Shown one piece after another: positions 1 through 12,300 of a DNA stretch of 64,000 nt. How positions within the stretch are numbered: position 1 is the stretch's first letter; each line of letters begins with the position of its first letter. Source of the DNA: Pirellulales bacterium (lineage in GTDB: Bacteria; Planctomycetota; Planctomycetia; Pirellulales; JACPPG01); NCBI GenBank assembly GCA_036499395.1, contig DASYDW010000063.1:5911-69910 (forward strand), given 5' to 3'. A program made the position numbers and the translations under genes. Below the pieces are notes generated by a model, which worked only from the letters and a program-made list of their open reading frames with translations, had not been told where the DNA came from and did not search any database.

Positions 1-79
1 GGTCACCGTTCTTCGCCTGCTCAACCAGCTCCGCATCAGCCGAATCATTCCCAACGCTTTCAATAAATGGATTGAACAC
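1..79 (-). CDS. ECF-type sigma-70 family sigma factor, N-terminal 26 codons only (gene runs off the left edge)
   Basis: The minus frame reads (GTG)FNPFIESVGNDSADAELVEQAKNGD. This is the DAELVxxAxxGD opening typical of ECF sigma region 2. AGGAG lies 7 nt upstream of the GTG at 77-79. Very little sequence is visible. Confidence 0.35.
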   Translation of the reverse strand, partial: MFNPFIESVGNDSADAELVEQAKNGD

Positions 80-683
80 GACTTGGCTCCTCGGTCCGGG
101 GCACAGTCATACTAGGCAGTGGACACAATGTCCCATCCCTTGGACACGCTCCAAGGACGAATGTGACAGTCCAGTAGAAGAAATCACGGAGTAGCCGACA
201 GTTTTCCCTGTCATGCCTTCTGACCGGCAGAAGGATTACCGGTGACACCTTCACGGGCTGATCGGCGGCAGTATTGGCAATAGACACCAGCCACCCTATC
301 GTTCCTAGGACACGGAGTTTCATGGAACTCGCGGAGCGAGTAGGGTGTCCATGCAATCGCCGATCGGGTACCTCTCGAGGCTCAATTGGGCGTTGTCCTT
401 TCCGGCTCAGGAAGTCGGTTCATTACTTACCTCGCGAATGCACCTGCAGACATAATGCGGATGAAGGGCAATGATCCTGGTCCGGGCGGTCTAGAGCGCT
501 TAAAAGACAATCATTGGTTCTTGATTTGCACTCTACGGGGCAATTCCTGCGCTGCATGTGCAACGGGCATCGGTCTTTTTTGCGGCCATCGCAAAGTCCT
601 TTTTTCCGATGGCGGCAACCACTATTTGAGTCTAAAATCTGGTTGACGCACCGTTTCCTAACAGCCTGCGAGTGACCCATTCG

Positions 684-887
684 ATGCCTTTTTGTCAATG
701 TCCCAAGTGCAAATCTGTGTTCACAGTCCAGGTCGCTGATACGAAGGCCTGGTACGCTGAAAAGTGGCCTAACTACTCGACGAACGAAGTCGTTCCAGAA
801 GTTTGTCCAACATGCTCACAGAAGGCGATGGATCGGATGACGGAGATGGGCAGCGACCAGAGGCTTCCTCCATTTGGCCGGACCTAA
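684..887 (+). CDS. small zinc-ribbon-like hypothetical protein
   Basis: 67-aa ORF with two CxxC pairs (CPKC ... CPTC). The ATG at 684 is preferred over the GTG at 672. No family recognised. Confidence 0.3.
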   Translation: MPFCQCPKCKSVFTVQVADTKAWYAEKWPNYSTNEVVPEVCPTCSQKAMDRMTEMGSDQRLPPFGRT

Positions 888-1114
888 CGTCGGCCTTGAC
901 AAGGCAGCGGCACCAGACCGGTATCTCGCCAATCTCGTCTTGATAATGGCGCCGACAACATGAGGGCGTTCACTCGACCACTGCGCTAAGTGACCCGCTG
1001 ACATGGTCGCTGTGACGGCACCTTCGATCGGCTCACTGAATTTTGGCAGATCGATCGATCAAATTTGACCTGCCCCCTTCAAACGAGTCCATCGACGGCG
1101 CGATAATCCGTTGG

Positions 1115-1216
1115 AGAGGACGCAAGCGAAGGAGGGCGACCGATGCCACGAGGTCAGAAGTCCCGGCAGAAGCGATCATCGCGAAGTTGCGTGAGGCGGA
1201 CGTAGAGCTCGCAGGG
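1115..1216 (+). mobile_element. short relic of an IS3-family transposase OrfA N-terminus
   Basis: The frame reads RGRKRRRATDATRSEVPAEAIIAKLREADVELAG. This resembles the K/RRRxTxEQIIxKLREAEVxLxxG opening of IS3-type OrfA proteins. The similarity stops after about 30 aa, and no DDE part or inverted repeats are seen. Confidence 0.25.
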
Positions 1217-1258
1217 ATTCTCATTATTCGGTCCGACAGACGAAAAAGGGAAATTCGA

Positions 1259-1888
1259 TCACCAAGCAATTCCGCGGATGCCATACATCACGGCAAACGT
1301 CAGATACCCAATAATTACCCCAGCGACGGTCTGCATGAGAGTGTGGCGACGCAGATAGACGCGTGCCCAAGCAATAAGTGGTACAAGCGGTGCGTAGCGG
1401 AGTGCCGCACTGCCCAAGACAAACGTTGCAAATGTGATTAGGCCCGCCATCGCCGCAGTATGAATGCTGATTTTCCAACTCAAGGTGATCGCAAATAGGA
1501 GGAAGGTCTCTACGAAAACGGCTAGCAATGCGACAAATAGGATCGTCGGTGCATGCAGGGCATGTAATAGTATCAATCCGCACAAAGCAGCACACAAGCT
1601 GACCACGAATGGTACCGTCCGTTGATGTCGCTCGGACAAATGAACGTCAGACACACGATTCGTGGTGACCAGCCAAAGGACATAGCCGAGCGGCGGTGGT
1701 ACAGCGATCAGAAAGTACAACAACGCGAAACGGTAAGCCCCTGACATTCCCGTGGCCATAACGCCCAAGATGAGGAAGGGAATTCCCAAGACTGCCGGAT
1801 TAAAAACATCCGAAATGATCCTGGCAATTCCGTGCAAGGAAATAAGTGGGCGTGCGTCCGAGCCAGTGAATCGATATGTGTTCGCCAT
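1259..1888 (-). CDS. PAP2-like (phosphatidic acid phosphatase type 2 superfamily) integral membrane protein
   Basis: 209-aa ORF that is hydrophobic throughout. It has SIHTA (SxH-like) and RVYLRRHTLMQ (RxxxxxH-like) segments in PAP2 order. The final Asp of the canonical motif is not present. Confidence 0.5.
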   Translation of the reverse strand: MANTYRFTGSDARPLISLHGIARIISDVFNPAVLGIPFLILGVMATGMSGAYRFALLYFLIAVPPPLGYVLWLVTTNRVSDVHLSERHQRTVPFVVSLCAALCGLILLHALHAPTILFVALLAVFVETFLLFAITLSWKISIHTAAMAGLITFATFVLGSAALRYAPLVPLIAWARVYLRRHTLMQTVAGVIIGYLTFAVMYGIRGIAW

Positions 1889-1932
1889 ATAAGTATCTCG
1901 ATGTATGGCGACAATCCTGGCCGTCGCCTGTT

Positions 1933-3348
1933 TTAAGATTGAAGTTCGAGAGTCATGCGAAGATGGTCGACGTAGGAATTCAAAAGGGCGCGTTGCTGTA
2001 ATGGAGTGAAAATTTGCGGATCGCAGCGAGCCCCGATCGAGAGCCGACCCGCGTAAGAATGGGCCGAAAACGAAACGCGCGTGTCCGGCCGGATAGGGCC
2101 AGCCCCCGCGCCACTTTCCAGAATCAGGTCGCCCGCGAGTTTATGCCGATCTGTGGACGGTAACGGCATAGAATCGAAGGCCGAACCCAGATTTGTAAAA
2201 ACGGCCGTCGCGAACGCCCATCGACGATTCAACGACCAGCGCACGAAGGCAGGGAAGCGACAAAGCAGCCTCAGCCCTGCTTCGTAATACAGACCAAGAT
2301 TGTCGCGCTTAATCGTCGCCATGTTCAGCGAAATGCTCTTTAATAGCTGCTCTCGACCGGCGCAAGCCGACGCGAATCGAGTGATGAAGGCATAACTGAA
2401 CACGTTCGCCGCCGGCATCCGGCTGTCTTCGCGTCGCCGCATATTGGTCGGAATCATAATCCGCAATGGCCCACGTTCTTCGGATGTGCCGCGGTTCCAG
2501 GCTGCGAGCATCAAAAAGAAATCACGCAGCAATAGATCGTTGACCATGACGGAGTGCTTGGACGCGACGCGAGACAGGGCCGTTGTCTCGTCTTCGGTGA
2601 GATGTTCGACCAAAAAGTCGGTGGGCAAGCTCGGTGCGAGGTGATCGTTCTTGTCCGCTCCCGGTTGATCGCTAACCAAGGCGGCTGGACGAATGCTCAA
2701 GGGAAGATGGACGCGCAGCGTCCGCCACAGATCCACCATCTTCCATTTTCTGCGAAAGAGGTGGTGCCGATCTCGTTCTCGAAGTAACTCGTTGTTTAAA
2801 GTACGCCACGAGGGAGCGCCAGCCGTTTCTGCAGAAAAATGTGCATAGGCGACGAATACGTCGGAAATGAATTGGAACGCACCCAGCCCATCGACGGCCC
2901 TATGACGAAAGGCGAATAATAAAACCACACGGGTGCCATTTACGCGAACGTGCAACTGCACGCCAGCCTTCGAGGCCGAGTCAAATCGGGCAAACGAATC
3001 TTGAATTCGCCCGTCTTCGATTCTGGGCTCCACGCTCTGCTCAAAGATCACGCACTGTGGTTCACCGGCCGACCAGTAGGGCCATCCTTTGTCTTCTCCC
3101 TGGACTCGCGAGGCTAGAATTGGATGGCGAATCTGGGCCAGGGCAAATGCCTTTTCCAGCGCTTCCTGATCCAATTCTCCGGCCGCGATGACTTCTATGG
3201 GAATGACCCCCTGATACGCAGGCCGGTCATCACACAGGAAAAAGAATTCAAAGGGGGTCAGGTTTAGGGGAAATAACGAGGTCGGACTGACGCTTTTTGG
3301 GTCTGATTCAGGCTGAGGTCGGGTTGTTAGGGGCTCTTTAAGAGACAT
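1933..3348 (-). CDS. stand-alone condensation-domain-like acyltransferase (HxxxDG family)
   Basis: FRHRAVDGLGAFQF matches the (H)HxxxDG catalytic motif of NRPS C / PapA / wax-synthase-type acyltransferases at the expected distance from the N-terminus. The internal ATG (MSLKEPL) was chosen as start; the upstream part of the ORF looks non-coding. Confidence 0.6.
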   Translation of the reverse strand: MSLKEPLTTRPQPESDPKSVSPTSLFPLNLTPFEFFFLCDDRPAYQGVIPIEVIAAGELDQEALEKAFALAQIRHPILASRVQGEDKGWPYWSAGEPQCVIFEQSVEPRIEDGRIQDSFARFDSASKAGVQLHVRVNGTRVVLLFAFRHRAVDGLGAFQFISDVFVAYAHFSAETAGAPSWRTLNNELLRERDRHHLFRRKWKMVDLWRTLRVHLPLSIRPAALVSDQPGADKNDHLAPSLPTDFLVEHLTEDETTALSRVASKHSVMVNDLLLRDFFLMLAAWNRGTSEERGPLRIMIPTNMRRREDSRMPAANVFSYAFITRFASACAGREQLLKSISLNMATIKRDNLGLYYEAGLRLLCRFPAFVRWSLNRRWAFATAVFTNLGSAFDSMPLPSTDRHKLAGDLILESGAGAGPIRPDTRVSFSAHSYAGRLSIGARCDPQIFTPLQQRALLNSYVDHLRMTLELQS

Positions 3349-3756
3349 GAGGATGTGACAAGGGGACTCGTCCTCCACGCTGATGCATTTTAGCTGTGTA
3401 CATCGCACTGCTTTCGAGGGCCGGCGCTTGCATTTGGTGATGTCGCGAATGGCATACCACAAATGGCGAATGTTTGAAAATTACGCAAATAACCAGAGGA
3501 CAATTACCGCCGAAGTGCAAGATACACGGAACTGTGCCTGGCGGTCGATCAGTTAGCCGGTGGCCGCGATCGCGTCCAGGACGCTGAATTGAGCTGATTT
3601 TAACACGATATGGTCGTCCCGCTGTCGCATTGACTGCCGAACGCCGAATCGCGCGTGCTATTTATCGCGATCGACTATTTCTATCGGATGCCTAGGATGC
3701 AGTGCGGAAGGAGAGTCATCGTAAGTCAGCTTTCATCGAGTTAGCCAGGCACAATC

Positions 3757-4077
3757 ATGACGAAACAAGTTTCCGCAACGATCCCCCATTCGCTCGGCAA
3801 GGAAGAGGCGCGCCGCCGGCTACAAGAAGGTTTCGCTAGGATTCGGCAGCAGCTCAGCGGTGGCCTGGCAGGAATGCTCGCATTTCATGACCGGTGGGAC
3901 GGCGACCGCCTGTATTTTGAGGGAGGCGCCATCGGGCAAAAAATCAGCGGCCGGTTGGACGTTCTCGCAGACTCAGTTCAGATTCAGTTGGATCTTCCGA
4001 ACGTACTCGCCCTGATCGCCGAGCAATTCACCGGTCGGCTGAAAAAAGAGACTCAAGTGCTCTTAGAGAACAAATAA
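3757..4077 (+). CDS. small protein resembling the putative polyhydroxyalkanoic-acid system protein family (PHA_gran_rgn-like)
   Basis: 106 aa. The opening is IPHSLGKEEARRRLQEGF and the tail is GRLDVLADSVQIQLDLPNVLALIAEQFTGRLKKE. Both follow the pattern remembered for that roughly 90-100-aa family. Not verified by search. Confidence 0.4.
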   Translation: MTKQVSATIPHSLGKEEARRRLQEGFARIRQQLSGGLAGMLAFHDRWDGDRLYFEGGAIGQKISGRLDVLADSVQIQLDLPNVLALIAEQFTGRLKKETQVLLENK

Positions 4078-4275
4078 GGCGATTGCGCAATTGCTTCGGC
4101 AAATACCAAGCAATGGACCATCGCTGTCTCCCCGCCGTAACCGGCAGGACATCATTAATGCAATCCTCTCAGTCCGATGCTACCAGTCAGTTAACGCGGA
4201 TAGGAATTTCGAGCCCGCACCTAGAATTTGTCGCTGCAAATGTCGAGAAACCTGCCGTGCGAACGTAGCGAGACG

Positions 4276-6198
4276 TTACAACACGGCCTCGGCGCCGATT
4301 TCGATCACGCGTTCCGCGGGCAAGTGAAAATACATCGGAGCGGCATTCGCATTCCGCGACATCCACGAGAACAGCTTCTCACGCCAATTGTAGAAGATCG
4401 AGGTATGCTTCGACACCGCGGTCTCGCGACCGACAAAGTAGCTCAACGTCGAGAGATCGAGCCCGGACGTTAAGGGCAGCAAATCTTGTGGGACGTTCGG
4501 TTCGTCCTTGAAGCCGTAGGTGAGAACGGCGCGGGTGATGTCCTCACGAACCTTTTCGGTTTCGAGCCGTTCCCGCGGCGGCACAAAGGGGCGCGCCGCG
4601 GTTTCGACGGTCACGATAAGATTCCGCTCGTGCAAAACGTGATTGTGCAGCACATTGTTCTGCAGAGCCAACGGTGTGCATGTCCGCGTACTTGCCATAA
4701 AAATGGCCGTGCCGTCGACCCGGGTCGGAGGATCGGCCTCGAGCCCCGCGATGAAAGACTCGAGTGAGGGCCTGGCAGGATGAATGCGCGCCGCGAGTCG
4801 TTGTCGGCCATCGTGCCAGGTGCTCATCAACAGGTACACCGTGGCTGCAATCAGCAAAGGAAACCAGCCGCCATGCGCGACCTTGATAAGATTGGCGCTA
4901 AAGAACGACAGGTCGATGATCAGAAAGAATCCGGCCAGTAGGATTGCCACACCTACAGGCCATTTCCAGTGATCTTTGATCAGCACGAAGAACAAGATGG
5001 TGGTGATCACCATGGTGATCGTAATCGCCACGCCGTAGGCAGCAGCCAGATTGGTAGAATTGTGAAACCCCAAGACCAGCGCAATTGTCGCGAACATCAA
5101 CATCCAATTGACCGTGGGAATATAGATTTGGCCAATGTGCTCGGATGACGTGTGTTCGATGCGCAGCGGAGGGCAATAGCCAAGTTGAATGGCCTGCAAT
5201 GTCAGTGAGAATGCGCCGGTAATGATCGCTTGCGAGGCAATGACGGCCGCCCCTGTCGCAATCGCGATCAAAGGGTACAGGGCCCAGTCCGGAGCCATCC
5301 AAAAAAATGGATTCTTCGCGGCCGAAGGATCGTTCATCAATAATGATCCTTGGCCAAAATAATTCAGTAGCAAGGCTGGGAACACCAACGTGAACCAAGA
5401 GATGCGAATTGGCAATTTTCCGAAATGGCCAATATCCGCATAGAGCGCTTCACCGCCGGTCACCACCAGAAACACCGTCCCGAGAACGATGAAGCCGGCC
5501 TTGCCATTCTGCTGAAAAAAGCTCCAGGCGTGACTGGGATCGATAGCGCCCAGGATGTCTGGACGCTGGGCGATATGCCAGATGCCGAGCGCGCCGATCA
5601 ACACGAACCAAGCAAACATCAAAGGTCCAAACAGGGCGCCAACCGTCGCCGTCCCCCGGGCTTGCAGGCAGAAAAGACCGACCAAGATCACCACGGCGAT
5701 CAGTTCGACGTAGGGCCCGAAGACAGGCGTGGCCAGTTCGAGCCCTTCGACAGCGCTCAGGACCGAAATCGCTGGAGTGATCATGCCATCCGCGTACAGG
5801 AACGTGGCTCCCGCCAGACCGAGTACGACGATGATCCCTCGCCGGGGGCTGGTCTTCATACGGGGATTTAGCATGGCCACAAGCGCTAAGATGCCTCCTT
5901 CACCTTGATTGTCCGCTCTCAGGATGAACACGAGATACTTGAGCGAAATGATCAGCGTCAGCGCCCAGAAGATGAGCGACAACATTCCCAAGATATTCCC
6001 CGGCGACACTTCCAAGGCGTGGGCGCCGTGAAAGCATTCCCGGATCGCATAAAGCGGGCTGGTGCCGATGTCGCCAAAAACCACGCCCAAGGCCGCGATA
6101 GCGAGTATGAACCAGCGGCTGTTCGTTTCTGCGCGACTGTCGCGGGGTGCCTTTGCGTGGCGACTGCCTGGGAGATCATTCAAATCCGTCGCCATCAT
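4276..6198 (-). CDS. kup: KUP/HAK/KT family potassium uptake transporter
   Basis: Has the hallmark GVVFGDIGTSPLYA motif, about 12 hydrophobic segments and a soluble C-terminal domain. Length is about 640 aa. Start uncertain: the ATG pair at 6193-6198 or the ORF start at 6252. Confidence 0.92.
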   Translation of the reverse strand: MMATDLNDLPGSRHAKAPRDSRAETNSRWFILAIAALGVVFGDIGTSPLYAIRECFHGAHALEVSPGNILGMLSLIFWALTLIISLKYLVFILRADNQGEGGILALVAMLNPRMKTSPRRGIIVVLGLAGATFLYADGMITPAISVLSAVEGLELATPVFGPYVELIAVVILVGLFCLQARGTATVGALFGPLMFAWFVLIGALGIWHIAQRPDILGAIDPSHAWSFFQQNGKAGFIVLGTVFLVVTGGEALYADIGHFGKLPIRISWFTLVFPALLLNYFGQGSLLMNDPSAAKNPFFWMAPDWALYPLIAIATGAAVIASQAIITGAFSLTLQAIQLGYCPPLRIEHTSSEHIGQIYIPTVNWMLMFATIALVLGFHNSTNLAAAYGVAITITMVITTILFFVLIKDHWKWPVGVAILLAGFFLIIDLSFFSANLIKVAHGGWFPLLIAATVYLLMSTWHDGRQRLAARIHPARPSLESFIAGLEADPPTRVDGTAIFMASTRTCTPLALQNNVLHNHVLHERNLIVTVETAARPFVPPRERLETEKVREDITRAVLTYGFKDEPNVPQDLLPLTSGLDLSTLSYFVGRETAVSKHTSIFYNWREKLFSWMSRNANAAPMYFHLPAERVIEIGAEAVL

Positions 6199-6382
6199 TC
6201 GGTCAGACCTTCGCGTTTTTAAGCATGCGTGCGGTGAGATATGGTCGACCATCGCCCTGGCCGGGCGACAAACCGGAATTGCCAGAGACAGAACTGCGGT
6301 CGGTCAAGGATTTCAAGAATAACTCGCAGTGTCAAAACATTCCGAGGATCGGTTGGCATCAGCAAATAGCGATGCATAGAAC

Positions 6383-9300
6383 TTAGCTGACGCGAATTTC
6401 CACTTTGTGAGTTATTCCATCGTCGACGAGCGGCAAAAAGAGTTCCGGTTGTTCGATCCCATCGAGAATGACGCGGTCGACGACGATCCCGCTGCCGCCG
6501 TTCCAGATCGTGATTTCAAAGTTCGTTTCATGGAAGCGGTAATAAACTTTGATCGAAGGCCAGCCGGCCGGCAGACAGGGCGCGAAATACAACTTGTTTA
6601 CGTCCAATCGCAAACCCAGCAGTGATTCGGTGATCAGGCGATACATCCAGCCGGCTGAACCGGTGTACCAGGTCCATCCACCTCGCCCCACATGGGGAGT
6701 AACTGCATACACGTCCGCCGCAATTACGTAGGGCTCGACTTTGTAGGTAGCGATTCCCGGCGGCGTGGAACCGTGGTTAACGGGATTGATTAACGACAGC
6801 AATTCCCACGCCCGGTTGCGATCCCCCAAGGCTGCAAACGCCATCACGGTCCAGATCGCGGCATGGGTGTACTGGCCGCCGTTCTCACGGACGCCTGGCA
6901 GATAGCCCCTGATATAGCCAGGATCCAGCGGTGACTTATCGAACGGGGGTTGGAACAACTGAATCAACGACGCGTCACGCCGCACCAGCCGGTCGTTGAC
7001 CGCGGCCATCGCTTGACGACACCTCGCCAAATCCCCGGCGCCAGACAGAACGGCCCAACTCTGAGGGATCGAATCAATCTGGCATTCCAGGTTGGTCGCT
7101 GAGCCCAGCGGCTCGCCGTTATCGAAATAGGCCCGTCGATACCATTGGCCGTCCCAGGCGTTGGCTTCGATGTGTTTCGTCAACTCGACCGCCTGCGCCT
7201 CGCACTTTTCCGCAAATGTCTGATCGGCGCGCTGGCGAGCAATGTCAGCGAATTCCTTCAAAACATTGACCAGGAAGAATGCCAGCCAGACACTTTCGCC
7301 CTGCCCTTTTTCGCCGACCAGATTCATTCCGTCGTTCCAGTCGCCGCAGCCCATCAAGGGTAATCCGTGTCGGCCGAAGCGCAGGCCATTCTCAATCGCC
7401 CGGACGCAATGTTCGTAGAGCGTGGCCGACTGGTCGGAATGGCTTGGCAAGTCGTAGTACGCTTCCTCCTCGGGCTTGAGCGCTCGACCTTCAATGTATG
7501 GAATACGTTCGTCGAGAACGCCGGTGTCACCGATTTGCTTTACGTAACGGCAGGTCGCCAAGGGCAACCAGAGAAAGTCGTCGGAAAAATGCGTCCGGAC
7601 ACCACGTCCCGTTGGTGGGTGCCACCAGTGCTGAACGTCACCTTGAGGAAACTGGTGTGCCGCGGCGCGCAGTAGATGCTCGCGAATCAGTCGTGGCTCG
7701 GTATGGACCAAAGCCATAACGTCTTGCAGTTGATCGCGAAATCCAAACGCACCGCCCGATTGGTAGTAACCACTTCGTCCCCAAAAGCGACAGGCCAAGG
7801 TCTGATAGAGCAGCCAACCATTGGTAAGAGCGTTAATTCCGGGATCGGGTGTTTCTACGTAGACTGCCCCCAACGTGCGTTGCCAGTACTGCCATACCGC
7901 TTGCAGCGCCTTGTGTGCCGGATCAACTCCCCGGAATCGCTGGATCTGCGTGCGTGCGTCGTCGATGTTTGCCGCGGCGCCTAGGCGGAAGACGATTTCG
8001 CGCTCTTCACCTGCCGCGAGTACGAACTGCGTTTGCAACACTCCGCACGGATCAAGCCCGGCGCCGAGTTTTCCGGAAAGACGGTCGCGGCTCATAGCCG
8101 CGGGGTTAGCGTAGGAGCCGTTCCGCCCGATGAACTCAGTGCGATCGCCGGTATACGATCGCGCCGGCTCACTGATATCGAGATAAGCAACCCGTCCGGG
8201 AAACTCCGAATTGTAGGAATTTCGGGCCAGCAAAGCGCTCGTGCCCTTGTCGATTTCAGTCACCACGTGCATCAGCGATTTGTGACGCAGGTCGCCCAAG
8301 ATCCACTCGATGCAACAAGTCGCCGATAGCCGACGTGTCTCCTGCGACGTATTGCGCAGCTTGAGCGAATAGAACTTTACCGGCGCATCCAGCGCGACGA
8401 ACAAAGTCAACTCGGACGAAACACCGTCTTCGATCGTCTCAAAGACACTGTAACCAAAACCGTGTCGCGTCACATAGCTATTGTTGCCCGGCGCAGGCAG
8501 TGGCGTCGCCGACCAGAACCGACCGCTGTCCTCGTCGCGGAGATAAAGCGCCTCGCCGCAGCGATCGGTCACCGGATCGTTGTACCAGGGGGTAAGTCGA
8601 AATTCATGCGCGTTTTCGAACCAGGTATATCCGCTTCCGCTTTCGGTCACGACCGTGCCGAACTCGGCATTCGCTAAGACGTTCGACCATGGGGCCGGCG
8701 TGCGTTGCGCGGCGCTGGTCGTGATAACGTATTCCCGACCATCGGGAGTAAATCCCCCCAATCCGTTCGCGTAAATCAGATCGCGATGCGGCAGGCGTGG
8801 CTGCGAATCAGCGGCATTTGTCCGCACTCGTGTCGAAATCAGCGACGGCATCGTCGGTTCACGGCTGCCGCGCCGTTCGATTTGATCTGACAGCGTCCCG
8901 GCCGTGTCGGTCAGTACGATGCGCGCCGCGGTCTCGAGCAGAATCCGATCTTCCTCGGACATCAGCTCGGGCCGTCGAACGAAAATCCCGCCAGGGCGAT
9001 CGACGAGATTGGCTTCCGTGCTATTGCCGATGATGTGCATGATCTCATCGTGCAATTCTTGGCGGTAGCCCGACTGGTCTTCATTCCAAATGACCAGATC
9101 GACGACTAACCCTTTGAAGCGCCAGTAGGCATGGGCACGGACGAGCTGCTCGACGAAATGAATCTTCTTCTGATCACTGAGCCGTAACAAAATAATCGGC
9201 AGATCGCCCGAAATGCCATGTCCCCATAGACCAGATTGGCCCCGCGTATTCTTGGCGAGTATGTTTACGTTCGCGCGCCGGGTGCTGCTGGCATAAATGA

Positions 9301-12300
9301 CAGCGCTTGCCAGGCGCCCATAGAGTTGAGCCTCGGCCTCGCTCGCATTTAGTTGCTGCAGAACGACTTGACTGTGCGTCCACGCCAAATCGATGAGCCG
9401 GTCGGCCAAATGGCGATCGTGATATTTCTCGATCAAACCGATTGCTACGTCGCGAGTTTCGGCGGCGCCACTGACAATGTCGACCACGGCGGTTTCACCG
9501 GGCTCAATCGTCAGAGTGGCTCGAATCGCCACGATGGGATCGAGAACGGGGCCCTCACTGTTCGAAAGCGGGGCCGCCCGTGTCATCACCTGCGGATTGC
9601 GCACGTTGTGAGCGCGGCCCAGAAACTTGGCTTTGTCGGTTTCAAACGACGTCGAGCCCACCGTCCGACCGTGAACCGACATCAGATGAAGCATCCAGGG
9701 GGGATGTTCGCTGTGCGAACGAGGGCGGCGAGTGCAAAGGATGGCGTCGCGCTCGCGTACGATCTCGGTTTGCACAAATAAATTACTGAACGCCGGATGC
9801 GTCGCATCAGACTCCGCCGAGGCCAAAACCACTTCCGCATAGGTCGTCAGTTCAATGGTCCGCGGATGTCGCGAACGATTGGAAATATTGACGCGGCGCA
9901 GCTCGACGTCGTCCTCGGGGGATACCGCCACTTCAGTGTACGTGTCCAGATCGAAGTCGCGGCGTCGGAACTCGGCACGCGACTGGGGAAATATCGCCTT
10001 GTAAGATGTCGCCGACTCGAGCGTTGGCTGGTACGTAACTGACCACACCTCATTCGAGGTGACATCACGCAAGTAGCAGAAAGTTCCTGAGTCATCTTGC
10101 GCGATGTCCTCGCGCCAGCGCGTGATCGCGATGTCCCTCCAGCGGCTGTACCCGCTGCCGGCATTCGTGATCATTACATGATAGCGCCCATTGGAAAGTA
10201 GATGTACTTCAGGCGCCTGCGTATTCGGTGTGTTCAGGACGCGCATCAGCACATCGCGGACAACCTCTGGTCGGGAGGCGTCGTCGTTCTCTGCGGATCG
10301 CGGAAATACGGGAATGGTTTTGGGAACGCGCTCGTGCAAGAGCAACTCTGTCGCCTGAAACGGCGCATAGGATTCAAATCGCCGCTGCATCGGTCGCTTC
10401 AATAGTTCGTAGGCAAACGCCAAGAAGCTCATGCCCTGATGATGCGCCATGAACGATCGTACGACGCTGTACGGTTGCCCTCGCCCAACGCGGGCGGTCG
10501 TATAATCCAACGCTTCGTAGAATCCATATCGCCCTTCGATCCCCAATTCGGCAAGGCGGCGTAGATTCGCGCAAGAGGCATTGGGATCCACCATCAGCGC
10601 CATCGCGGACGCGTATGGCGCGATGACAAGGTCGTCCGCAAGACCTCGTTTGAAGCCCAAACCGGGCACCCCAAATGCGCGGTACTGGTAATTCAATTGA
10701 GCGTCGGTGGCGTTGTATCCCGATTCGGAAATGCCCCACAGGACGTGGCGACTGTTTCCGTAAGTAATTTGTCTGGCCACCGCCCCTTTGTACGTTTGAT
10801 CGAGCAGGCTGTCGGCAAACGTGGGCATTACCAAGAGCGGCATCAGATATTCGAACATCGACCCGCTCCACGAGAGCAGCGTCGGTTCTCCATTCACGCC
10901 GGTCAGCAATCGCCCCAGTGCAAACCAATGCTCCTGCGGCAGTTGACCCTGCGCGATTGCCACGTAGCTTGCCAGGCGTGCTTCCGAGGCTAGTAAGTCA
11001 TAGAAACTTGCATCACGCCGGTATTCAGTGACGTTGAACCCGATGGCCAGCAGTTTTCGCGACGAATCGTAGAGAAACTCGAAGTCGGCGGTACTCAGGT
11101 CTAGGCATGCTTCGGCCAATTGCTCGCACGTGTCCATGCGCAACTTGGCCTCGCGACTTATCTCGCCCACAAGGCGTTTCAACTCAGCCAGCTTCTCGTG
11201 ATCGTTTTGCGTTGAAACCGAAGTGTCAGTGAGCAGCTTGGCCAACTCCTCTTCGAGCGCCGCCACGCGACGCCATGTAAACGGGCCTGCATCGGGGGAA
11301 ATGGCCGCCTGCAAAGCATTCGAAAAGCTACTCCCCAAAGCACCGTCGCTCGACGGTTGTTTAGGATGCAGCAAGCTCGCCAGCGGCGCGAGCCAACTTA
11401 CATCGTCGAGCCAGCTACGGACCTGCCGCCGTAAAGCACCGGACCACCAGCGAACTTCCTCGTCGGGATGCTTTTCCAATTCGGCCAGATCCGCACATTC
11501 GTCAATCCCCCGAAGCAACGTCATGCGGGCCGAAAAGTTGGGTGGTGCATTCAATAATTGTGCTTCGAGTGTCCCAAGCTCTCGGCATGCACGATCGCTG
11601 TCACGGCTCAAGACGCCGGCTTCGTGCGACGTCGATCCGCTACTCGAACGTATTGCCTTAACGAGCACTCGTAACGTAGCGCCTAACCCGTGCATCGCAC
11701 CTAGGGGGAGTACGTCATGATCAGCGATCTGCAGCAGTCCCTCACGGAGAACAAGCAGATGGCCCACAAGATTGCCGCTGTCTACTGTCGAGACGTATCG
11801 CGGCAAGAGTGGGGCGAGAGTGCGGGTGTCGTACCAGTTGAAAAAGTGTCCTTCATATCGCTCAAGCCGCCTTAACGTCGCAAAGGTGTTAGTGGTTCGC
11901 TCCGCCATCTCCTGAGGCGCGATAAAACCAAAATCATATGCAGTCAGATTCGACAGCAGCGCCAAGCCGATATTTGTCGGAGACGTGCGATGCGCGATGA
12001 CCGCGGCCGGGTAGTCCTGAAAGTTATCGGGCGGCAACCAGTTATCTTCGGCGCTTACGAACGTCTCGAAGAATCGCCAGGTCTTCCGCGATAACTCGGC
12101 CAGGAAACGCTCATCATCAGCGGTCAATCGTCCGGTCGTGCTGGGCAGCGGTCGGCTCAACCACCAGGCTACAACCGGAGACACAATCCACAGCACCAGC
12201 ACGGGAGCCGCCGCCGCCATGGCGCCTGGGCGATATCGCATCAGATACCCGGCGAGCAGCCCCGCCAGCACTGGGCCGAACCACATTGCGACAAGCAAGC

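Noticed and set aside
60-356. 98-codon minus-strand ORF at the left edge
   Set aside because: No motif or SD. Its 3' end overlaps the probable start region of the ECF sigma gene in another frame, so it is treated as non-coding.
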